Source: Camelus dromedarius
Taxonomy: Eukaryota
Assembly (NCBI RefSeq): GCF_036321535.1
Contig: NC_087437.1
Span: 69,690,001-69,754,000, forward strand
DNA: 64,000 nt
Reading direction: 5' to 3'
The notes below the pieces were generated by a model. It did no database searches, was not told the origin of the DNA, and saw nothing but the letters and a program-made list of their open reading frames with translations. The translations under genes were made by a program, and so were the position numbers. This document shows, piece after piece, positions 13,645-24,469 of the stretch; position 1 is the stretch's first letter, and each line of letters starts with the position of its first letter.

Positions 13645-16600
13645 GTGAGTATGGCAGGAGCCAGCAGGTGCCCAGAGCCCACCTCCACTTTCAGCCAGCT
13701 CTGAAAATCCTGTGAGCAAAAGAACACTGCATTTCAAGCAGATGCCCCTCTGGTCAGGGATGCACATTTGTACATCGGACACATTCAAGGGCAGGATTTG
13801 GCCTTTGAATGTGATAAATCAACTCTACCAACTCTAAATATAACCCATCATCCATTTAACAATATGCTCTGTCTTTTATTCAGACTACAGAATTAAGAAA
13901 ACATGATCAGGTAGCCCTAGCATTTCTGGTGATCACTATTCTGGTCTTTGTGGAGAGCAGGATCGTACCACTTTGGAAAAATCAACAATTCTTATCTGCT
14001 TTAACTGGAATTTCCACCTTAATGCATTGTTTGTCAAAAGGGAATGATTCAGGATAATACCTTATCCCCTGCTATTTAACTAATTGGGCTTGGGAACAAA
14101 TTCAAGCCACTCTGGTCAGATACCATCTGTCCCTGATGACTACCAGGGTCACCTGATAGGTTAATATTGGTTATCTATTTGTCCTAAAGCCTGGGCATTA
14201 GAAAGGAAGATTTCACTAAGATGCATAGGTAAGTGGGCATACTTTGAACTTCTCAGATGAAAGGATCCTTAGATGTAGTTCAAAAGATGGGGGGAGGGGG
14301 CAGATCCATATGATGTGTGTCACCCAGCAAAGGAATAAAGAGAATTCATTTCAGTTCGAATGTTCAGTTAGGAGTGACTTTCCACATCATTCAAATTCAA
14401 GTTCCACATCACATAATTGTGGCTAGTGATAGGGACAAAGGGATGTCCTGACAGTTCTTCCCTCTGGTGCAATTAACACAGCCACACACACAAATCCACA
14501 CATATATATACACATGTATGCACATACAACACGCATGCACACATGCACAAAGGTGCACAGACATACGTGCATAAACATCTTAATCTGTATTTGAAAATAT
14601 GCTTTGGACGATAAGTTACTTTCCATTATCTTAAGCCCTCCATGCCCATTAACCTATGTGCCAGAGATTCTGTATAAAGTCCTTAGCAAAGTAGATGTAA
14701 TTGAGTCCATTTTAGAGTTTGAGACACTGAAGCTCAAGGAAAGATAATTGCCTTTCCAAGGTGACACAGAAAGCAACTATGAAAAAAAGGAATTTGAAAG
14801 GAGAGTTTTCAATTTTCAGTACCTACTATGTACAAGCACTGATTAAGGGATTAACACTTGTCATTAGTCCCAACACTAAACTCATGAGGTGATCATCATT
14901 AATCTGACCTTAAAATTTTGTAAACTGAGGCAAAGAGAGCTGAGGAAACTTGCCTCTGGTGACCTAGTCTGTGCTGGGCTGCAGTATTTCCTGGGGCCTT
15001 TCTCCAGCTTGGCAGCCTTCAGAGACAGAAAGCGAAATCCCCTTCACACCAGATCTAGCAGAATCCAATAGACAGGGTACTGCAGTAGCATTGATGGCGC
15101 TCATTTCCAAGAAGCAAGGGGCTGCATTTGATGAGGTCCGAAGGGCTTTTATCCCGTCGCTGTCTGCTATTTCTTAAGTAATGGAGTTTTGAAATGCCAG
15201 TATTACTATTCTTTTCCAGTCCTGGGTGTGTTTCAAAGACACATTAATGATCTCAATGTTATAAAATGCTTTAGGACCTTTTTTTCACATGAAAGGCAGT
15301 TTCTCTGGGTGTTTATACAAATTTATAATTAGGTTGGTTAGCTTCTTTCATGTGTACACAGCCACGCCATCATCTTCCACCTCTTCTCTGACTTTTGGAG
15401 TTAAGATTTTATTTTCTTTTAATTGACCTTCATCTTAATTAGATTTCTGAAAGTCCAATCATGGAGAACATAGAAAATATTTATACTTCCATTGTGTGAA
15501 ACATCAAAGCAGTCTGCATTGCAGATGGTTCCCAAGATCAAAGCCAGCCGCCTGGGCCCTATTATTATTAGAGCAATTAGTCTGACATTGCTCTTTCTTG
15601 ACTGTCCCCAAAGTGTAACTTAGAACAGATGAAAATACTGATAATTTTCAAGAAAAGCCTTTTATAAAAATGTGAGCTTTTCCTCACAATGAGTGAACCA
15701 CAGAAGAATATGGACAGACCCTTGAGATTCTAAAAAGACTTGTCATAACAAATTACATAGAAATCTATAATGGGCTTAGTCAAACAGCCAGTGTATCCTA
15801 ACCAGCAGCACCCAGCATATGCCTGACCTTATAAAAATTGCTCAGTAAATGTTTACTGAATGAATACGGGAAAAACTCACAGGTAAACTGCCCTCTTAAC
15901 ATTTCTCCAAACTTTGCAAATGATATTTGTCACAAATCAGAAAGCATGTTCTGAATCAATTTCCTTTGGAATCACCTTTTTGCTAACACTTTGTAAGCTC
16001 TGTTTATATTATATTAAAACAACTAGCCAGTGCACCTGTTGTCCTGTTCAAACAATTCATCCTATTTAAATGTACTTGTATTAAGTAGATGAAGAGTCCA
16101 AGATGAAATTACAGAACGAGGTCTGGCTAGCAAAAGTCATGCAAATTGAATAATATCTGGCATCACCTTTGTCACTTTCTATAAGCCTGCCTCCTATGTA
16201 AATTTTCCATTATTTAAGCTGACTCCTCTTCCTTTTCAAGACACAAGGTTTGGAATTAGGTCAGGGGGTCAAGATGGCTAAGATAAATAATGGCTAAATA
16301 GATTATCATCTTGGAACAGACCCAAAGTACCACTTAAAAAAAACAACAACAACTCAGTGCTGTTAATTTTCTCCTACTAGCATTTCATTGATTCATTTAC
16401 TCAACTGCCAACAAATATTTGTTGCAGGGCACTGAGAAGCTAGGGCAGTAAATAAGAGAGACAGAAGAGTTTCTCCTGTTTAACTCACAAGCTGGATTCT
16501 GCAGTCTCCCCTGTTTACTTCTCTGGGGTAATCCTTCTCCACAGTTGATCTACAGCACTGTGCATAGCCAGCTGACAGGCACCATCTATTTTCTAAGTGG

Positions 16601-17899
16601 TAGGGGGTCCTGGAGTTTACAGAAGCTGCGTTATTGACCTGAAACCTCCTCAAGTAAATAAGCTTAGTAAAATTTTGTACAGTAGGCAGGACTTCTGTTT
16701 TCTTGTATCTTACAGTATAGCTGTGAACTTCTTCCAGATACCAGCCCTAGGGACAACTGTCCTTTCACTTCAAGGTTCTAGGTGTAATTCCTCAATTTTA
16801 CTTCTCACAGTGCATTAAAAGTAGCTACTAATGGATTTGTCTCATCTTATTGTCCAGTATCCCCAATGTCTAGTGCACAGTAAATGTTCAATAAATGAGG
16901 ACTTAATTTTATTTGGACTCTTCTTACATTGGAGGTTTCTCCCATTCCTGGAGAAATCCATCTCAAAAGCCACCCCTAGCTCTCAAGCTTACCCTCTACC
17001 CCATTGGCCAGCTAATACTTTCCCACAGCTATCTCTCCAACCAGGTTCACATCATCACTCTTTATGACTCTTTTTTCCTCTTCTTGTGTCCCTTTGAATT
17101 CTGCCCTGCCTCTGCTCCAGTGTCCAGAGCTAACCAACCCAACATAGATGCTGGGGGACATGGGACACTGGCATTTCTAAAGCTCACCCTTACATGTGAT
17201 AGACATTCATTTAGAGGAAGCAGAGGTTACCTGCCATAGAAACCACAGTTAGGACTGGAGACATCTGTCGTTTCCAGGTAATACATCTATATTTTTACTG
17301 GACTCTTCTACGCTTTGGTTCAAAAATCACCTAATGATAAAACTTTAGGAAAATAACTGCTCAATATGGAACCAGATGGGCTACCTTCACTAGCTGTTCG
17401 TGGCTGCACCTCTTCATTCTCCATGGCAGTCTTTAGTTTACTGTTATATTTGGGATGATGTCAATAAAGATGCATCCTAATGTTTATGAATCTGTTATGG
17501 GATCATCAGAGGAAATATTCAGTAAGAATCCAGGGAACTGCTATTTTCTACTATAACTTTGTAACTTGAACAAAACCATCATTTTCTGAGAACCTTCAGA
17601 GTACCAAGACTCTGTTAGAGATTTTGTATGAGTCACTGTAATCATCACACCAACACTGGCCAGCCAGCGAGGGAGGTGTTTGGAGCCTGGCCTGCCCTAG
17701 TACGAGGAATATTTACTTTATCATTGACACTGTTTAGCATGTTTGGTTTAGTATTGCTGGTACATGGTGATTTTTTTTTTTTTGTAAAATACAACTTTTA
17801 GTTAGTTTTATTATTGTTTTTAAATTCTCTAGAAACAATGCCTTTCTTATTGCCTGAGTTCTGTGTCCTCACCCCATTGGTCCACCATCACACACTAAC

Positions 17900-18310
17900 C
17901 TGGAAGATAATCAAATTGACTCCATGCACAGGGTGAAACCAAAGCTCAGAGAATGTAAGCATTTTCTGCCACAAAATCAAAGAACCTGTGAGTGGTAGAG
18001 CTGGGACTCAACTCAGGTCTAACTCCAAGGCCCTCTTTCCTTCCAAGATACCATGTGAGTAATAGTAATAAAAATAATAAATGTAAGCACTTCAGGTGTT
18101 AAACGTGCTCTCATATACAAGATTTCATGTGATATTTACATCAAATCTGTGAGGCAGGTAGGCAGGTGTTTTCATAAGCATTCAAAGGTGATGGGCTGCG
18201 GGAGGTCAACACATCGCCTTCAGGAGCTGACAACCTGAGTGGCACAGGTAGAAGCTGAGCCCAGATCTCCTGATTTCTAATGTGGATCTGTATCCACTAT
18301 GCCACTGTAT
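17900..18310 (-). mobile_element. Two tandem MIR remnants
   Basis: gaaaccaaagctcagaga...gtgagtggtagagctgggactcaactcaggtctaactcc, then a second ctgagtggcacaggtagaagctgagcccagatctcctgatt. Confidence 0.6.
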
Positions 18311-18449
18311 TTTGTACCATTTTTGGTACCCTGTAATAGCAGAAATAGCAGGAAAAAAAATTTACCTTTTAAGCTACCAGCATGCTCCTCTAAATGGTAT
18401 TTTTCCTTATTAGGAATTAATTTCTCTATAAAGGAACTCATTCAAATGA

Positions 18450-18665
18450 AAGTGCAGAAAGCATGAGCTTCAGAACATGGGTTCAAATATAGACTCCATC
18501 ACATGCTGGCTGAGTGCATTTGGACAAGTTACTAACCTTCTGCAGGTCTATGTTTTCATTCCTAATACGAGGTTAATAATCCTTACATCCTAGGGCTACT
18601 GTTTGGATAAAGAGAATAAATAAAGCCTCGTAAAGTGCTGACAAATGGTAAATACCTATAAATTG
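18450..18665 (+). mobile_element. MIR SINE remnant, near full length
   Basis: catgggttcaaat...ttggacaagttactaacctt...ataatccttacatcctagggctactgt...gtaaagtgct. Confidence 0.7.
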
Positions 18666-19751
18666 AATCTTTTATTCAGGATTTTGTTCCTTTTTACTAT
18701 TATTCCAAACATTAGGAAGATGAAGTGAATGATACTCTGTTTGCTAGGTCACTGTCATTGTTATCCTATTCATTCTACTTGAAAGAGTCTTGTTATTGGT
18801 GATATAAGAGGAAAGCCCTTATAAACATTTTCAGAACCCAGCATTTGAAAGTAATAAAAACTGGAAGAGTCCTTTGACAATTGTAAGCTATTCCAAAGTC
18901 ATGTAAAGAATAACAATGGACCTCTGTGCAGCACTGTTATTAAGCCACGTTTTAATTATAACCATATTTTGAGCAAGGCCGTCTATTATTTTAACTATAG
19001 TAAGCCTGCCACAACATGCTTTGTAATAACTTTTCTTAGCCTCACCTATACAGAATTCATTACAAATAAATTTTGAAATGTTCGTTCCAATAAGCTCTGG
19101 AACAGACTTACACCATTGTGTTATTTGAGAAATATTAGAAGCAACGAGCTCTTCATACATTTATCATTGTCTCTGACTTTGCCCTGGTATGAGGAAATTC
19201 CTAGATTTTCAAGGAGAGAAGCAAGTGTTTGGCCTTTGTAATTGACCAATGTCGTCCCGTCCCAAGAATAATGTACTTAAGAGTGTTCAACCCTAGTTCA
19301 CTGCCACCCTTCCCATGCTGGCGTCTCTGAGTAGCTAATAAATAGCTTATTACTTAGCTATTCAGGTTCCAAACAACTTGAGAAATTAAGTAAAGGAGGC
19401 ATATGGGAGGCCCAGCTGCACCCGTTGTTAGAGATCAAGATAGTGAGAGGTAGAGCTTAGAGTGGCCAACCGACCTCTCCAGTCATGGCAGCCCTGGAGA
19501 ACCCTGGTTCCCTACCAGAGACTTGGTCCCAGAAGGAAGAAGGGGAAAAGGTGAGGAAAAGAAAGTCTGTTCTAGTTTGTTCATTCCCAATTTTTCAGTT
19601 AGAAAAATCATTCCTTCTCCCTGGGTCCCAGAGCAAGGAGGCTCACTAGTCTTCTATTACATAGAAGGAAATATCCAGAGTAAGGAAGAACTCTCCCATA
19701 AAACTGTACAGCCGGGACCTGTGTCCCTGGTCCTACAAGACCTTCATGGAA

Positions 19752-19922
19752 TTTTTTTTTATTTTAACTTTTTTTTTGGTGTGTGTGTGGGGGGGTAATT
19801 AGGTCTGTCTGTCTGTCTTTCTGTCTGTTTGTTTGTTTATTTTAGAGGAGGTACTGGGGATTGAACCCAGGACGTTGTGCATGCTAAGCATGTGCTCTAC
19901 CACTTGAGCTTACCCTCCCCCC
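19752..19922 (-). mobile_element. tRNA-Ala-derived SINE (Vic-1-like), long form
   Basis: Same head and CCTAATTAC/C-run/A-tail as 218-375. TSD cttcatgga at 19742-19750 and 19924-19932. Confidence 0.9.
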
Positions 19923-20239
19923 TCTTCATGGATTATGTTGAGGTGCCCCAGCTTTGAGCACCAGAGGTGGAGGTGATGGAAGATGTGGACTCTGGCCCAG
20001 GTTGGGGCTGGTTTAGCAAAGTAGTAGTCATCACTAAAGATTTGTCACTCTTAACCACTTGGCTTCAGAAACTCACAAATGCTTGTTAAAACTCATTTTA
20101 CAAATTGAGAAATTGAACAAATCTATAGAATCACAAGCAAGATCATCTCTCCAGCCAACATGCTACTGATTGAAGAGTCATTGGCAGTTTAAGAACCTAA
20201 TATAGTGAAGAGATGAGGACGGAAAACTAATATTTATTC

Positions 20240-20480
20240 AGTGGATGGCATCACTTAGATGCCCAAGCCATAATCCTGGGTGTTATCTTTGACACTCATC
20301 CTCCTTTCCCTTACTTCTCATACCTAATCTTGTGGATTCTGAGGCTCAGAATCTCTCAGTCTCAAATCTGTCCACTCCCTTCCAGCTCCTTTATCACAAA
20401 CCCAGTGCAGTCCTGTCTAGATTCCTTCAGCAGTCTCCAAATGGGCCTCTCTGCCTCTGGTCCCAGCATTTTATAGATGA
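20240..20480 (+). mobile_element. L2 LINE remnant
   Basis: atggcatcac...cccaagccataatcctgggtgttatctttgacactc...agtctccaaatgggcctctctgcctct, typical of the L2 3' region. Confidence 0.6.
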
Positions 20481-22663
20481 TGAAACTGATGCAATGTGAC
20501 TCTATAGACAAAGCACTAAACTCTCTAATGAGCGAGGACAATGAGAAGCAGAGACTGGATTTGAGCTCAGGTCTATCAGACTTTAAATCCAAGGTCTTAA
20601 CTTTGATTTGATGCCCCGTCTCTCCACAAATATCTCCCCCATCCACACCACTGCCACCAATTTCTGCATTAGCCACTGAACTAATATGCTCTGATGAGCT
20701 ACATAAGCATTCATAGAATGAAAGAATTTTAAATGGAAGCTTGTGGATCATTTTAAGCTAACTTCTTCTCTTAAAGGGTGAGAAAAAAAAGCCAAACTGA
20801 TGCAGACCCTTGTCCAGGTCACAGTTCTGGTTAAGAGAAGAGTCAAAATCAGACCTGAGTTGTCCTATTTCTGACTACCAATCCTGACTCCCAACCTATG
20901 GAATAGACAAATGAGTTAGAATTTTGAAGTCAGCAGTTTAAGGGTTAAGGATTAAAGAAGCCATGAGTATGAAAATACACTTGAGTCATAATGCTACTAA
21001 CTGCCCATTTGTGAAGAATGGGCAGTTTTAGCTAGGATTGGTGATTTTTTTCAGCTGGAAGGGATGCTATATAGATCATTAATGTGTGGTTCCTTCATTT
21101 TATAGATAATAAAACCAAGGCTCAGAAAGATAAAATGTGTGATGGGAAATTCCACACAACCAAACTGAAATTAAATCCCAGGACTCCTAATTTCCAATCT
21201 AGGGTTCTTTCCACTCATCACGTTGTCTTTTTGTGTCTATACAAACATAAGCAGGTAAGTTTAAATCCAAACAACCACCACCACCCACTCTGGCACACCT
21301 GTTCACACACGGGCTGGTGGTGCTTATCCAAATGTGCTCTAACTCCTCCCCTCTCTGACAGTAATTTGAAGATGTCCAAGCTGTTGTGAAAATGAAATGG
21401 GGGAGAAAATTGCAGACTCATCTGATGCTTTTGTACATCATTTTTAACTAAGAGGATCCAAGTCTGCTATAGGCAGAAAACTTAGAAAATAGTTTTGAAC
21501 ATGAAGACAAAAATTCAAACATAAGGGAGCTGAACCAGGTGCTGAAGAGCAGAGTTAATGAATTTTGTATACTAGATTTTGCTTTACTAATTTACCTAAA
21601 TAAACTTTTTCCTTTATAAAATATAGACAGATGGCTTGGGTCTATTTTTTCCATGTTCACACAGCCAAGTTGCCATTTTCTGGCAAATGACCATTGGACA
21701 GAGAATTCTTTCTCTCCTCGAAGGTCCATAACCTGCACAAACACAGCATCATCAAGCCAAGAGCTCAAGTCTTCCATCCTAGCTCAGTCCTGTCAACCTA
21801 TAAACATTTGTTCCACTTTCCATAGGATTGTTTAAAAAAATCATGGCAAATTAGCACATCAGATGTGCTTCTGAGCTCATTTCAAGCCCGTTACAGTTTT
21901 GAAGGCCTAATTCCAAGCAACAACAACAACAAAAAAAAAAAAAATCAAGTGCACAAATGACAGAGAGAATAGAAGACTGATAGCCCAGGAAGGTGTTTAT
22001 GCACCAGGTTGGACTTCAGGCTGCACTCTCAGACATAAACACAAAATTTACCTGGGTGATAGCAATAACAGAACACAGAGGAGGGGAAAAAGTGAAGTAA
22101 CCATCTAATATTTGCTAGCTTCTTTTCCTAAATTCCTGCAACAGTATCAGGCTGAGCTTGGATTGGTAGGACTTGAGCACTCTGTTATTTTCATGAGACT
22201 TCTTACTGCCATCTCAAAAGGTAACAACAGTAATCATGATGATGGTGAAAAAGAAAAATCTCAAATTATACATTTAAAATCCCTTTTAGAATTACCACCT
22301 AATTTATGAAAAGAAAAAAAAACTGTACACATATTCCCACCTATGGCTGGAATAATGGATGGTCTATTGGAGGAAGGGAAAAAAAATCCTAGATTTCATT
22401 TCCATAAAACCCTGTTAAGTGTCTCGTTTAAGTAAACCAAGTCTACAGTTTCAGTAATCTCTCTTTTTTTTTTTTTTTTTTTTTTTTAGTTTTCTAGTAA
22501 TCAGTCGTATTCAGCTGATCACAAAATTCATGTAAATGGAGCTTTAAGACTGTTCCTATCCTCTCCCTCTTCAGTCAGATTGTCCTTTCTAATTCCTTCT
22601 TGCATGGAAATTCTGGAGCACCCTCTGATGTCCCTGCAAACTGTATTCCTGTCCTTCCCACAG

Positions 22664-22784
22664 ATCCTCCCACTATCACGGAATCCAAGAGCAATGAAGC
22701 CACCACAGGGCGAAAAGCTTCCCTCAAATGTGAGGCCTCGGCGGTGCCCGCGCCCGACTTTGAGTGGTACCGGGATGACACCAG
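22664..22784 (+). CDS. LSAMP: LSAMP coding exon (exon 5), first half of Ig domain 3
   Basis: gtccttcccacag|AT acceptor, CCAG|gtatgg donor, 121 nt. T+AT gives Tyr in frame with the previous exon. Encodes [40 protein letters not shown](R) with the Ig B-strand Cys and C-strand Trp. Confidence 0.98.
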
Positions 22785-23275
22785 GTATGGGCCCAACCTG
22801 CTGTGCGCTCCCGCTCCACGAGGTCTCCGTGCTCGAAAAGGGGGACCAGAAGCCCTGATGACAAAACCAAGCCCCGGAGTAATTATGTAGGCCTACAGGA
22901 TTAGACTCTTCCTTTTCCAAGGCTTTTTACCAAGTGTTTTGGGGTCCATAGCTCTTAGACTGAAGCCCCAAATCACTCAGGTTACTTGCAGAGAGTGAGG
23001 TAGGTGGTTCAGTGGGTAGTTCCCACCTGCGGGTCTTTCTCACCTATGGCAGAAACCAGAGCCAGTAAAATCCATCCATTCCCAAGTCTTCTCCATCCGT
23101 GTACTTTGATTCTGATCATACAGGATTGTGTGATTAAAATGAGGAAGTGAGCAGGAACAACAAGCTCTAAGTACTTCCTGTCTCTTCTTTTTCTCTAATA
23201 TAAGGATGAGAAGGAAATGACTATGCCACATCTTCATCAATGTTTCCTTTGACTCTTCTGTCTTTGAACCCTTAG

Positions 23276-23424
23276 GATAAACAGTGCCAATGGCCTCGAG
23301 ATTAAGAGCACGGAGGGCCAGTCCTCCCTGACGGTGACCAACGTCACTGAGGAGCACTATGGCAACTATACCTGCGTGGCTGCCAACAACCTGGGGGTCA
23401 CCAATGCCAGCCTCGTCCTTTTCA
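23276..23424 (+). CDS. LSAMP: LSAMP coding exon (exon 6), second half of Ig domain 3
   Basis: cccttag|G acceptor, TTCA|gtaagt donor, 149 nt. AG+G gives Arg in frame. Encodes [49 protein letters not shown] with sequons NVT, NYT, NAS. Absent from the + strand ORF track; translated by hand. Confidence 0.98.
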
Positions 23425-24399
23425 GTAAGTATGCCAAAGCAGGGCCCAGCTTGTAAGAACCAAATCCATGGAGTTCTTCCCTAGAAAACTCAAAAATCAT
23501 TCCCTTAGCTCTTACAAGTAAACTTACACAAAAATCAGAGTGTAGCCACTGAAGCAAAAACACAGGTTCTCAGTCCCTGTGCATAAGGTGAGACTTACAA
23601 CTGGAATACCTTTCCTCCCTTATCTGGTTTGCTTTTGATAACTGCCTTGTTTTTTGTTTGTTTGTTTGTTTGTTTTATGTTTGGGTTTCTTTAATTTTTT
23701 TTTTCATGGTTAGTTAAACTATAAGAATATTCAGAGAACAGAATCTCTTTGGTGATGGCCTCTGTAAGGAGCAGAGATGATGTAAGATCCTAGAAAAGGG
23801 ATCACAGTTAAAAACTGGCAGTGATGGGAGGGACTGGGGAAGAGGTATTCAGTGAGGATGGCTAAGGTGCTGGGATAAGAGAGAGACTAGAAAAAGAAAG
23901 TGTATTTTTAACTACACAAGAGGAAGAGTGGAATGAATGATTAAAACATTATATAAAATCTAAAGGAGGAAAAATGGTTGCAGAAAGGTTTCTGTGTGAC
24001 AGCAGGAAACATTGCTTGTCTGATATATTTTTGAAGGTGGGTCAGAATGTTAAGAGAGAGGAGCAAAGCTTCTTCTACCAAAGACCAAAGAAGCTCCACA
24101 AGGCAGATGAAGGAGGGACAAGTTGTTTTAAGTTACTGGTGTTACTGGGAGAGCCCACCTTAGGGCCTTTCTCTTGAGCATCATGTGATAGTCAGACATC
24201 TGAGCCCTGCCTTGGTGGCCTGTTAGCTGTGAGCATAGAATCAAATGCCTCCTGAGAAACAGAGCAATGATGGGTGAGATCAGGGGGAAGGACGCAGCGC
24301 TCGACTGTGAAATGTTTATCAGAATGAGTAAAACAAGCCAAAAAGCTAGCACATGCTGTGCCAGAAAGTTCATTTGGACTAAAGGAGAAAGTCCAAAGA

Positions 24400-24402
<3 letters not shown>

Positions 24403-24468
<66 letters not shown>
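24403..24468. repeat. (TAT)22 microsatellite
   Basis: Perfect trinucleotide run; explains the poly-N, poly-L and poly-Y ORFs. Confidence 0.98.

Positions 24469-24469
<1 letters not shown>

Noticed and set aside
23411..23425. Acceptor-like cctcgtccttttcag overlapping the exon 6 donor
   Set aside because: Explained by Leu-Val-Leu-Phe codons. Use would delete half of Ig3, and there is no supporting evidence.
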